A stretch of 64,000 nt of DNA from Eubacteriaceae bacterium UBA6119. GTDB taxonomy: Bacteria > Bacillota > Clostridia > Eubacteriales > UBA1433. The stretch lies in the NCBI GenBank assembly GCA_002423395.1, contig DIVZ01000005.1, positions 383,016 to 447,015 on the forward strand. Direction: 5' to 3'. A program made the translations under genes and the position numbers. Positions 35,201 through 43,257 of this stretch are shown in pieces (the first letter of the stretch is position 1; every line of letters starts with the position of its first letter). Under the pieces are notes generated by a model. That model did no database searches. It was not told where the DNA came from and saw only the letters and a list, made by a program, of their open reading frames with translations.

Positions 35201-35665
35201 AGAGAAGGATATACCTTCGACGGCTGGTATAATAACGCAGACTTTACTGGAGATAAAGTAACAAGAATAGCTGCGGGAAGCACGGGAGATGTAACACTTT
35301 ACGCAAAATGGACGGCAAACACGATTATTGATGATAATCCTGTACCGTTGACACCCGGAACACCGGTGCTTACACTTATTGACCTGTTCTGCGCAATACT
35401 TACATTACTGGGCATGATATACATGTTAACATCCAAGAAAAATACAGATGATGAAAACGCGGCCCGCAGAAGAAAAACAACAAGAATAACAGGCGTAGTG
35501 TTAGCGGCAGTAGGGGTAATATTATTCTTCATAACACAGCCTCTTGTATGGAACTTCAGATGGGTAGATAAATGGACAGTACTGTTCATAGTAGTAACAC
35601 TTGCACAGGCAGCAGCAATTTACATTAAAAATAAAGCAAATAAAGCTGAAGCTACACAAGAATAA
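32237..35665 (+). CDS. Repeat-rich surface protein: signal peptide, about 14 Listeria-Bacteroides (Flg_new)-type repeats, C-terminal three-helix membrane anchor
   Basis: Signal peptide ILLIVLMLLSFSPTNIYA. Alternating repeat types (NF(V/T)..G(N/H)GTLSGT... and Y.I.Y.LNGG...GYTF.GWY...YAKW). The C-terminus has three hydrophobic segments separated by KKNTDDENAARRRK. Confidence 0.88.
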   Translation: MKAKKITAILLIVLMLLSFSPTNIYACVTPDPTPITVTVNVDQKHGNDTHDFANYTLHLNQAQSDALALLSNISLSNSLYNSYGVLADKFSQPVNASDLYGDGQIVYQQIDATHYYVYILLKEGGPFYTVTFLTSAGGSFAAGAQTVFGGIENGTRWNSVPIVVPATVANAGYVFDSWTPSIPTNNPKIRQDLTYTASFVKDPAQWNTINFVSNGNGTLSGTTTYSDILDGTTWSSAITALPTPVAAAGFKFDHWSPSIPEGSSAINDSATYTAYFVIDPDQYNTINFVSAGNGTLSGTTTYSDILDGTTWSSAITVLPTPVAAIGFEFDYWSPSIPTGSSAINDSATYTAYFVAIDYTITYNNILPTDTNTNPASYVKADTPITLADAARLGYTFGGWYDNVGLTGSAVTSIADGTTGNLTYWAKWTQDEYTITYNNILPTDTNTNPASYVEADTPITLADASRLGYTFGGWYDNVGLTGSAVTSIADGTTGNLTYWAKWTQDEYSITYNNILPTDTNSNPATYKEDQTSFALNNAVRFGWTFLGWYDNAELSGAPITAVAEGTTGSLTYWAKWEKDASLWYDVNFTTNGHGTLSGTASYNDILDGTVWNTVITVPTPIPNVGYKLGAWSPNIPNGTSQIKSDLTFTYNFKAIKYDINYVLNGGINDWRNPNKYTIEDTVNFHNPYRLGYTFQGWYATSDFTGSPVTGISQGTTDNVKLYAKWEKDPAYWNDVNFTTDGHGTLSGTTSYTDIFIGTPWFLAIDSVPTPIADAGYEFNVWSPKLPKWYNLIWADATYMADFVPIDYSISYVLNGGINNAGNLTTYNIESSTITLLDPSYYGYTFLGWYDNEELTGAAVTTIPTGSTGDKTFYAKWEKDASLWYDVNFTTDGNGTLTGTTSFADILNGTIWNTVVTIPTATPKAGYVFNGWTPVLPAATSAITKDVTYKANFRAIVYDITYILNDGTNSADNPATYTVNSGTITFADPTREGYTFDGWYNNADFTGDKVTRIAAGSTGDVTLYAKWTANTIIDDNPVPLTPGTPVLTLIDLFCAILTLLGMIYMLTSKKNTDDENAARRRKTTRITGVVLAAVGVILFFITQPLVWNFRWVDKWTVLFIVVTLAQAAAIYIKNKANKAEATQE
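32840..33301 (+). repeat. 2 x 231-bp near-identical in-frame tandem duplication
   Basis: DP(A/D)Q(W/Y)NTINFVS(N/A)GNGTLSGTTTYSDILDGTTWSSAIT... occurs twice, at 32840 and 33071. Confidence 0.9.
33314..33979 (+). repeat. 3 x 222-bp in-frame tandem repeat (the first two copies are nearly identical)
   Basis: ITYNNILPTDTN(T/S)NPA(S/T)Y...GYTFGGWYDNVGLTGSAVTSIADGTTGNLTYWAKWTQDEY starts at 33314, 33536 and 33758. Confidence 0.9.
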
Positions 35666-35683
35666 TTTGCAATACAATGAAAC

Positions 35684-35714
35684 AAAAAAGCGCCTTTTAT
35701 AAGGCGCTTTTTTT
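35684..35714 (+). terminator. Rho-independent terminator
   Basis: aaaaaagcgcctt-ttat-aaggcgcttttttt. Confidence 0.85.
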
Positions 35715-35829
35715 ATAAAAAAACATATTTATCAGTATTTTAATTGATTAATTTAAAATAAAATAATATAATGATAATGTTTTTTAAATAAATACAATTG
35801 TGCGTATTATAGAAATAAGGAGATTATAT

Positions 35830-36801
35830 ATGAAAGCAGTACTTGTAGATAATTTTTGGAAGTTTGATCCTGAAAAAGAAAAAAAGATGTTTGAAAAAGA
35901 AGGAATAGAATTTGTCGTAGCTAATGTTACGGATGATGATGACTACGTAGCTAAATGCAAAGATGCCGATGCAGTACTTATAGGAATGCGCAAGACGCCT
36001 CCTGCGGTTATTGAAAAGCTTGAGAATTGCAAAGTTATGGTTAGGTACGGAATAGGTTATGATGTAATAGATGTGGATGCATGCAATAAAAAGAAAATAG
36101 CTGTTTGCAACATACCTGACTATTGCATTGAAGAAGTTGCGGCTCATACCGCGGCTTTAGCGCTTGACTGCTTAAGGCAGATTACATACCGCAACAGACT
36201 TGTTCATCAAGCTAAATGGATAGGGGAAGCGCACGGATACTCAGTGAAAAGGCTGTCCACTTTAACATACGGTTTATGCGGTTTTGGGAATATTGCCAGA
36301 AAAACAGCCGAACATATGAAAAGCTTCGGGTTTAAATTAGTTGCTTACGATCCATTTGTTAAAGAAGAAGTGTTCGAGGCGGCAGGAGTAAAAAAAGTAA
36401 GCTTGGATGAATTGTGCAAAATATCAGATATTATATCAGTTCATGTGCCGCTTTCAAAAGAAACATTTCATTTAATAGCAAAACCGCAGTTTGATATTAT
36501 GAAAAAAGGCGTTATTATAATTAATACTTCAAGGGGCGGACTTGTATGTCAGGAAGATTTGCTTGACGCAATTGATGCGGGCATAGTAAAAGCCGCAGGG
36601 CTTGACGTTTTGGAAACAGAGCCGCTTACAAACATAAATGAAAGAATTTTAAAATACGATAGCATTCTACTTACTCCTCATTTCGCTTTTAACAGCGATG
36701 AATCGTTTGAAGAGCTGAGAGAAAAAGTAGTATTAAGTGCAATAAAAGTACTTAAAGGCGAACTGCCAAACAATGTTGTTAACAAAAAGAACTTAATTTA
36801 A
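35830..36801 (+). CDS. D-isomer-specific 2-hydroxyacid dehydrogenase family (CtBP/phosphoglycerate-dehydrogenase-like)
   Basis: AAGGAG lies 7 nt before ATG 35830 (the track opens at GTG 35800). NAD fold GLCGFGNIARK, plus SVHVPL, NTSRGGLV and LTPHFAF. Confidence 0.85.
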   Translation: MKAVLVDNFWKFDPEKEKKMFEKEGIEFVVANVTDDDDYVAKCKDADAVLIGMRKTPPAVIEKLENCKVMVRYGIGYDVIDVDACNKKKIAVCNIPDYCIEEVAAHTAALALDCLRQITYRNRLVHQAKWIGEAHGYSVKRLSTLTYGLCGFGNIARKTAEHMKSFGFKLVAYDPFVKEEVFEAAGVKKVSLDELCKISDIISVHVPLSKETFHLIAKPQFDIMKKGVIIINTSRGGLVCQEDLLDAIDAGIVKAAGLDVLETEPLTNINERILKYDSILLTPHFAFNSDESFEELREKVVLSAIKVLKGELPNNVVNKKNLI

Positions 36802-36824
36802 TTGTTATATATAAATCACTTTTT

Positions 36825-36850
36825 AAACCGCTGTAAAGCGGTTTTATTTT
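36825..36850 (+). terminator. Rho-independent terminator
   Basis: aaaccgct-gtaa-agcggttttatttt. It lies inside the spurious N-terminal extension of track ORF 36802. Confidence 0.8.
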
Positions 36851-36900
36851 GCTTTATAATATTATATAATAAATATAACGTTATTATATGGAGCTATATT

Positions 36901-37791
36901 ATGATATTGGTTTTTGGCCATAATTTTTCTTATACTGATATTGACAGCATCACATCTTCAATTGCTCTTACGTACATTTTAAAAGCAGAGGGCAAGGATG
37001 CAAAAGCGGTTATTATAAACAAAGACGCCATACAGGATTCAGATAAAAATATTATTTTACAAATTCGCGGTTTAGAGATACCGGAGTTTGTATCAAAAGA
37101 AACGATTTTAAATAATGATATAGCTATTGCAGATCACAATGACCCTGATGAGTCATTCGGCGCGATTGGTATTAACAAAACGCCTGTTTTCTGTATTGAC
37201 CACCACCTTGACACGGGGATAAAGGCTGGTGTAAAAATTATAAAGAAAGTCGGAGCGGCGGCTACGCTTGTCGCTCAACTGGCTAAGGATAAAGGAATTA
37301 AATTGCCTGACAGCATAGCTGAGGCGCTGGTGTTTGGCATTTTATGCGATACGAAAGGTTTTAAAAGCAAAAAAACGACACAGGATGATAAAGATATGGT
37401 TGAGTATCTGTATTCCGCTTATAATATCTCAAAAACAATTGAGGAAATAATATTGCTTGTAATTGCGGATACGGATATAAGCAATATGACTATAGAAGAG
37501 ATACTGAATAATGATTTAAAGGAATACAACAATGATTTAATAGGTATTGCGTCAATGGAAGTTACGGATGACGACTATCTGCTGAAAATAGATGAAATAT
37601 TAAAAGAAGGATGGAACACAAAGTACGAGTTATATGTTTTTATGCTTTTTAAATTTCACAAGGATGAAACGACAGTTTATTATTTTGATAAAAAATATAA
37701 ATGTTTTCCAGATATTAAAAACTACAATTCAATAATATCAAGAGGGCAGGATATTGTGCCTGAAGTTTTTGAGAAAATCGGCAAACAATAA
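36901..37791 (+). CDS. DHH/DHHA2 phosphoesterase resembling family-II inorganic pyrophosphatase but with a divergent substrate motif
   Basis: MILVFGH..., ADHND, IDHH and CDTKGFKS in PpaC-like order. The C-terminal SRGQD sits where PpaC has SRKKQ. I moved the start to the ATG after the terminator. Confidence 0.75.
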   Translation: MILVFGHNFSYTDIDSITSSIALTYILKAEGKDAKAVIINKDAIQDSDKNIILQIRGLEIPEFVSKETILNNDIAIADHNDPDESFGAIGINKTPVFCIDHHLDTGIKAGVKIIKKVGAAATLVAQLAKDKGIKLPDSIAEALVFGILCDTKGFKSKKTTQDDKDMVEYLYSAYNISKTIEEIILLVIADTDISNMTIEEILNNDLKEYNNDLIGIASMEVTDDDYLLKIDEILKEGWNTKYELYVFMLFKFHKDETTVYYFDKKYKCFPDIKNYNSIISRGQDIVPEVFEKIGKQ

Positions 37792-37805
37792 CAGGAGATA
37801 GTGTG

Positions 37806-39044
37806 ATGGAGAGTGAAAAGAAATTTATAACAGCAGCGGCACTGCCTGAAAATAAAAACTGGGATAAGTTGATTAAAAGAGAATCAGAATTATACAAGAG
37901 ATACGATGACATAAGAAATGCATTTGAAAGAGACTATACGAGAATACTACATTCGCTTGCCTTTAGAAGGCTAAAACACAAAACACAGGTTTATTCAAAT
38001 ATTGATAATGACCATGTATGCACAAGAGTGGAACATGTTATTCATGTTGATTCAGTCAGCCATACAATAGCAACAAAGTTAGGTCTAAATACAGATTTGA
38101 CAAAAGCAATATCAAATGGTCATGATTTAGGGCACGCGCCATTTGGGCATAGAGGGGAGAAAATACTAGCAAAGATTGCTACTAAATATTTAAAAGAAAA
38201 TTTTTGGCATGAAAAAAACGGTCTTCATTTTGTTGATGATGTAGAATTATTAGAAGATTATACTAAAACATATAAAAATCTTTATCTAACCTATGCGGTA
38301 AGAGACGGGATTATTTCACATTGCGGAGAAGTAGATGAAAATGGGCTTAGGCCAAGAGACAGTTTTATCGACCTTAAAGATTTTTATAAATCCGGTCAAT
38401 TTCAGCCTGTTACATGGGAAGGTTGCATAGTAAAAATATCTGATAAAATTGCTTATTTAGGAAGAGATATAGAAGATGCTATAAGATTGGGAATGATTTC
38501 TGGTAAAGAATTAAAAAGATTAGAAGATTTGGCTGCAAGAACTAACATTAAAAACGCTATAAATACAACAGTAATAATTAATAGCATGATTATTGACATA
38601 TGTAAAAATAGTTCTCCGGAAAAAGGGATATGTTTAAGTTATGAAACTAATAGTTTAATGAATGAAATTAAATTATTTAATTCAAAATATATTTATAAAA
38701 ATAAAAGATTAATAACGTTTGAAAAATTTTCAAAATTAATTATAGAGGAATTATTTAAAGTTTTATTTAATATATATAAGAACGAAAAAACACTTGAAGA
38801 AATTGAAAAAAAAATAAAAATATACCCAGATTTGATGAGTGGTTTTCTAAAATGGTTAGTCTGCTATTGTACTATTGATTACAATACAGATTTAATTAAT
38901 ACAAATAATTATAGATATGATAATAAAAAAATATATAAAAATCTTGAAACAGAAGATTTGTATATCAGAGCGATTTTGGACTACATATCGGGAATGACCG
39001 ACGCTTATGCTATTAAGGTGTTTAACGGGCTGCTTAAATATTAA
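37806..39044 (+). CDS. dGTPase-family HD-domain dNTP triphosphohydrolase-like protein
   Basis: FERDYTRILHS.AFRRLKHKTQV, HVCTRVEHV and GHDLGHAPFGH, plus a C-terminal ISGMTDAYA. Confidence 0.88.
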   Translation: MESEKKFITAAALPENKNWDKLIKRESELYKRYDDIRNAFERDYTRILHSLAFRRLKHKTQVYSNIDNDHVCTRVEHVIHVDSVSHTIATKLGLNTDLTKAISNGHDLGHAPFGHRGEKILAKIATKYLKENFWHEKNGLHFVDDVELLEDYTKTYKNLYLTYAVRDGIISHCGEVDENGLRPRDSFIDLKDFYKSGQFQPVTWEGCIVKISDKIAYLGRDIEDAIRLGMISGKELKRLEDLAARTNIKNAINTTVIINSMIIDICKNSSPEKGICLSYETNSLMNEIKLFNSKYIYKNKRLITFEKFSKLIIEELFKVLFNIYKNEKTLEEIEKKIKIYPDLMSGFLKWLVCYCTIDYNTDLINTNNYRYDNKKIYKNLETEDLYIRAILDYISGMTDAYAIKVFNGLLKY

Positions 39045-39048
39045 GCAA

Positions 39049-39978
39049 TCAACTGCCTTTTTTAGATAAGATATGCATATTCTCAAGCGACTTGTAAGCT
39101 TTTTTGCGTATATCCTCGTCAATTATAATTTCGTTGTCGCCATTTTTAAGTGAATGATATATATCATGCAAAGTAGTTTTTTTCATATTGACGCATGTCA
39201 TTGTAACGCCGGGCACATAAAAGTGTTTATGCGGGCTTCTTTTTTTCATTTCATGCAGAACACCCGATTCAGTGACTATTATAAATTCATCGGAAGAAGA
39301 TGTCTGCGTATATTTAATAATTTCTCCCGTGCTTCCTATAAAATCGGCGATATCGCGGATTTCTTTTTCACATTCGGGATGAACAAGTATTTTAGCGTTT
39401 GGCTTAAGCTCCTCGGCGGCAAGGATATTTTCTTTTTTTACTTTTACGTGAGTTATGCAATGGCCTTCCCAGAGATAAAATGTTTTATCGGGAAATTTTT
39501 CCGCGATAAATTCTCCAAGGTTTTTGTCGGGCAGGAATATTATTTCTTTATTGGGAATGTTTTTTATTATATCGACTGCCGAAGATGAGGTAACGCAGAC
39601 ATCGCATAGCGCTTTGACATCTGTGTTTGAGTTGATGTAGCATACAACAGCGGCGGCAGGATGAGCTTTTTTTAATTCAGTCAGTTTTTCCGCGTCCGCC
39701 ATATCAGCCATAGGGCAGCCTGCGGTAGGATTGGGCAGTATTATCCTTTTTTCTGGAGATAGAATTTTTGCGCTTTCGGCCATGAATTTCACTCCGCAGA
39801 AAACAATCGTTTTATTGGAGCTGTTTTTGGCTAATTCGCTTAGATAATATGAATCGCCGACATAATCGGCAATATCCTGAACTTCATCTATTTGATAATA
39901 ATGCGCCAGTATCAGCGCGTCTTTTTCTTTTTTTAACTTATTTATTTCGGCTGATAAATCCATAATTTTTTTCTCCAA
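39049..39978 (-). CDS. nadA: Quinolinate synthase
   Basis: ILAHYYQ, the three cluster Cys contexts (AGCPMA, GHCITH, MTCVNMK) and a length of about 305 aa. Confidence 0.93.
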   Translation of the reverse strand: MEKKIMDLSAEINKLKKEKDALILAHYYQIDEVQDIADYVGDSYYLSELAKNSSNKTIVFCGVKFMAESAKILSPEKRIILPNPTAGCPMADMADAEKLTELKKAHPAAAVVCYINSNTDVKALCDVCVTSSSAVDIIKNIPNKEIIFLPDKNLGEFIAEKFPDKTFYLWEGHCITHVKVKKENILAAEELKPNAKILVHPECEKEIRDIADFIGSTGEIIKYTQTSSSDEFIIVTESGVLHEMKKRSPHKHFYVPGVTMTCVNMKKTTLHDIYHSLKNGDNEIIIDEDIRKKAYKSLENMHILSKKGS

Positions 39979-40081
39979 GAAATTATTGTAGTATGAATTA
40001 AATTATGCCCTTATTAAATATCTTTATTAAAATATTTTAGGCAATTATTTTGCCGATATCAATCTGATTAGCTCTGCAAAT

Positions 40082-40113
40082 AAAAAAAAGCTGCAAGTTA
40101 ATGCAGCTTTTTT
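40082..40113 (-). terminator. Rho-independent terminator of cstA (symmetric, could act in both directions)
   Basis: aaaaaaagctgca-agttaa-tgcagctttttt. Confidence 0.8.
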
Positions 40114-40126
40114 AAATAATAATTTT

Positions 40127-41815
40127 TTATTTTGCTTCTATAGCTTTTTTCTTAAACAATGTTTGGATGCCTTCTATCGCCATAATAACAGCAAGTATTA
40201 CTAATAATACGCCGAATATAGCCTGAAGACCGTCAACTCCCATTGTGCCGGTGCCTGCGCTGAGCGCTTTGAACTTAGCTATTAAAGTTATGATAAGCGC
40301 TGAGATGGTTGCGACAAGCATAAATGCCATCGGGAAGTAGAACATTTTGTTATTTTTACCGATGTTACCCAGCCAAGCGGCAACAGCGAGAAGAGCAAGG
40401 CCTGCAAGCAGCTGGTTGGCAGCGCCGAACAAAGGCCAAATTTTAGCGTAGCCGCCTTTGGCCATTAAGCCGCCGATTGCTACAGTTATAAATGTTGTAA
40501 TATAAGGATTGGTAATTGCTTTTTTCCAGCCTGCAACATTTTTTCTGTCTTCTTCGCCAAGCAGGAAGAATTCGGTAAACATATATCTTCCTAGACGAGT
40601 CCCGGTATCCAATGATGTTAAGCAGAATACCGATACAGAAAGAATTATCAGAGCGTAAGCCACGGCGTATGAAGATTCACCCGCGAAGCTCTTAATCATT
40701 GTCGCTACGCCGGAAGCCATTACTGCGGTAGGCGCAAGTGTTGAAACAGCGCCGTTTTTAAACATAACGCCGGCAGCAATCAAAGCTATCGTTGCGAGTG
40801 CGCATTCAATAAGCATTCCGCCGTAGCCGATTACTTTCGCGTCTTTTTCCGTGTTAAGCTGTTTGGCTGTTGTTCCGGAAGCAACCAAACTATGGAAGCC
40901 TGAAATAGCGCCACAGGCAACAGTAATAAACAGCATCGGGAAAAGCTGGCTTTTTCCTGTCAATCCGGTAAATCCTCCAAATGCAGGAAGATCTATTGTC
41001 GGATGCGCCACGACAAGACCAAGTATAGCTGCGAACATCATACCATAAAGCAAGAAAGAGCTTAAGTAATCTCTTGGCTGCAACAGAATCCAAACAGGGG
41101 TAACTGAAGCAACATAGATGTAGATTAATACTATTATTAACCATATATTTCCGGACATATAGATCGGGAATTTAATACCGATTATAAGCGATATCACAAT
41201 TGCAATAATTCCGGTAATAGTCATGATGCCTAACGGCGCTTTTTTGCGGTATACAAAGAAACCGAATATAACAGCCATTACAATAAACAATACAGATACC
41301 ATTGCGGTTGTTCCGTTTGCGGGAACTTTAGTTCCATCGGCGGCGAAACCGTTGAAGGTGCTTACAACAATGCTTGCAAAAGCTGCAACTACAAGAAGTA
41401 GTGTCAGATATGCAAATAAAAGAAACAGCCTTTTTGCTCTGACGCCGATATTTTTTTCAATTACATATCCGATAGACTGACCTTTGTGACGGATTGATGC
41501 AAACAATGATGAAAAGTCCTGTACCGCACCAAAGAAAATTCCGCCGATAATAATCCATAGCAATACCGGCACCCAACCGAAAATTGCTGCAAGTATAGGC
41601 CCGTTAATAGGTCCTGCACCCGCGATAGATGAAAAATGATGCCCCATTAATACGGCACTTTTTGCTGGCACATAATCAAGACCATCTGTTTGAGTATGAG
41701 CCGGAGTTGGACGATTGGGGTCAACACCCCACTGTTTTGCCAGCCAACTTCCATAGAATACATAGCCTAAGACTAAGCATACTAAGGAAATAAGTAGAAT
41801 GACAAGTGCGTTCAT
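40127..41815 (-). CDS. cstA: Carbon starvation protein A family peptide/pyruvate transporter
   Basis: GHHFSSIAGAGPINGPI, a polytopic protein of about 560 aa, and CGAISGFHSLVASGTT. Confidence 0.92.
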   Translation of the reverse strand: MNALVILLISLVCLVLGYVFYGSWLAKQWGVDPNRPTPAHTQTDGLDYVPAKSAVLMGHHFSSIAGAGPINGPILAAIFGWVPVLLWIIIGGIFFGAVQDFSSLFASIRHKGQSIGYVIEKNIGVRAKRLFLLFAYLTLLLVVAAFASIVVSTFNGFAADGTKVPANGTTAMVSVLFIVMAVIFGFFVYRKKAPLGIMTITGIIAIVISLIIGIKFPIYMSGNIWLIIVLIYIYVASVTPVWILLQPRDYLSSFLLYGMMFAAILGLVVAHPTIDLPAFGGFTGLTGKSQLFPMLFITVACGAISGFHSLVASGTTAKQLNTEKDAKVIGYGGMLIECALATIALIAAGVMFKNGAVSTLAPTAVMASGVATMIKSFAGESSYAVAYALIILSVSVFCLTSLDTGTRLGRYMFTEFFLLGEEDRKNVAGWKKAITNPYITTFITVAIGGLMAKGGYAKIWPLFGAANQLLAGLALLAVAAWLGNIGKNNKMFYFPMAFMLVATISALIITLIAKFKALSAGTGTMGVDGLQAIFGVLLVILAVIMAIEGIQTLFKKKAIEAK

Positions 41816-41825
41816 ATTATTCCTC

Positions 41826-42359
41826 CTAATTTATATAAAAATTTTTTAGAGACTTTTTAAAGTTTCTGGCAATTTCTTTTCCGCAAGAATTGGTTATAAT
41901 TCTTTTATTAGATACGTCCAAGAGCGCTAACCGAAATTCTGTCCAGCCGTGCAAAGAAAATTTAAAATTTTTTCTAAAAGAAAGCTTCGCGGTTTCTTTT
42001 AAAACATCTTGCTGCGGACTTTCAGTTATTATAACCATTGATATATATGAAAACATATGTTCGTTATGAGGTTTGATTTTTGTTAAAGAATAATTTATTG
42101 CTTCAGAAAATAATTTTTTTAAAGTTTCTGCATCCAAATTCTCGCAGATTATAAAATAAACATATTCGTTAGTTTCGGCAGCCCACAATTTTGCTTTTTT
42201 TGTTAAGAAGTATTTTTCTCCGCGCGAATGGAATTCAGCGATTGCATTATACGATATACCGTTGATTGTAACGTCATTCTCTACAGTGAAATAACTTAAA
42301 TATGTTCTAATAAGTTTATCGAATACTTCCTGTTTAGTTAGTCCAATTTCGTCTGACAT
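41826..42359 (-). CDS. Hypothetical cytoplasmic protein (177 aa) co-transcribed with cstA
   Basis: ORF ending 10 nt before the cstA ATG. I recognise no family motif. Confidence 0.5.
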   Translation of the reverse strand: MSDEIGLTKQEVFDKLIRTYLSYFTVENDVTINGISYNAIAEFHSRGEKYFLTKKAKLWAAETNEYVYFIICENLDAETLKKLFSEAINYSLTKIKPHNEHMFSYISMVIITESPQQDVLKETAKLSFRKNFKFSLHGWTEFRLALLDVSNKRIITNSCGKEIARNFKKSLKNFYIN

Positions 42360-42625
42360 AAGCCACCATTACTAAATTGAATAATATTTATTTATGAATT
42401 AAAATTATTATAAACCTTTATTAAGAAAATGTTAAGTATTTTTTATTAAATTATATAGTTTTTTTTTTATCAATATGTATATATATGTGATTTTGCATAA
42501 ATATTTGTTTAATTATCTCATTATATAAGTAAATATATTGTGATATTATGTCGTAAATTTAAATATTTTGATTTCCAAAATAAATATCAATCATATGATG
42601 TTATTGGAAGGGAATCAATTTAGAT

Positions 42626-43123
42626 ATGAAGAAAATAAAATCCAATATAAAAAATTATAAAAATATGATCGGTTCAGGCAAAGCTGACGCAATGGCTTTT
42701 ATACGGGGAGGCGCAGACAATAAGAATTTGTTCGGAACGGCAAGCTTTACTCAAAAACTAAACGGTGTTCTTGTGACGACAGAAGTGTTTAATCTGCCTG
42801 CAGATCAACAATATGGAGGCGCTTTTCACGGATATCATATTCATACAGGAAGCAGATGCATTGGGAATGAACAAGATGAATTTGCAGACACAGGCGGGCA
42901 TTATAATCCTAAAAATTATCCGCACCCTTATCACGCTGGAGACATGCCGCCGCTTCTTTCAAATAACGGATATGCGTACTCGTCGTTTCTTACCAACAGA
43001 TTTGATGTAGCAGATATTATAGGAAGAACGGTAATAATTCACGCAGACGCTGACGATTTTACAACGCAGCCGTCAGGAAATTCGGGCAAAAAAATAGCCT
43101 GCGGAGAAATTGTTAAAATATAA
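42626..43123 (+). CDS. sodC: Cu/Zn superoxide dismutase family protein without an obvious signal peptide
   Basis: HGYHIHTG, GGHYNP, HPYHAGDMP, VIIHADADD and a C-terminal IACGEI. The N-terminus is hydrophilic (MKKIKSNIKNYKNMIGSGKAD). Confidence 0.85.
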   Translation: MKKIKSNIKNYKNMIGSGKADAMAFIRGGADNKNLFGTASFTQKLNGVLVTTEVFNLPADQQYGGAFHGYHIHTGSRCIGNEQDEFADTGGHYNPKNYPHPYHAGDMPPLLSNNGYAYSSFLTNRFDVADIIGRTVIIHADADDFTTQPSGNSGKKIACGEIVKI

Positions 43124-43142
43124 AGATATTTCGCTTCTTTGC

Positions 43143-43176
43143 AAATAAGCCTTCATTTTTGAAGGCTTATTTATTT
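43143..43176 (+). terminator. Rho-independent terminator
   Basis: aaataagccttc-attttt-gaaggcttatttattt. Confidence 0.8.
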
Positions 43177-43257
43177 CACATATAATTTTTAGTCACATAT
43201 ACTGCAATAGAATTTAACTGAGGTTAAAGGTTTATTTGGCAGGAGGTAATTTTAAAG

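Noticed and set aside
35330-35420. PVPLTPGTP followed by a hydrophobic helix and a basic patch, considered as an LPXTG-type sortase signal.
   Set aside because: The motif is not LPXTG, SPXTG or NPQTN-like. The protein also continues for about 90 more residues with two additional TM helices, unlike a sorting signal.
36802-36900. N-terminal extension of the DHH gene in the ORF track (TTG start at 36802).
   Set aside because: The extension contains the rho-independent terminator of the upstream gene and translates to junk (MLYINHFLNRCKAVLF...). The family-typical N-terminus MILVFGH begins at ATG 36901.
37806-39044. The dGTPase homologue as part of an anti-phage defence island.
   Set aside because: No neighbouring defence hallmarks are present (no restriction, abortive-infection, integrase or toxin genes). 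The flanks are housekeeping (nadA, dehydrogenase). Defence is kept only as a remote possibility under the DHH-dGTPase finding.
43124-43257. A TPP (THI-box) riboswitch upstream of the NMT1/THI5-like ABC importer.
   Set aside because: No CUGAGA...ACCUGAUCUGGAUAAUGCCAGCG-like core is visible. The region holds only the sodC terminator and an SD.
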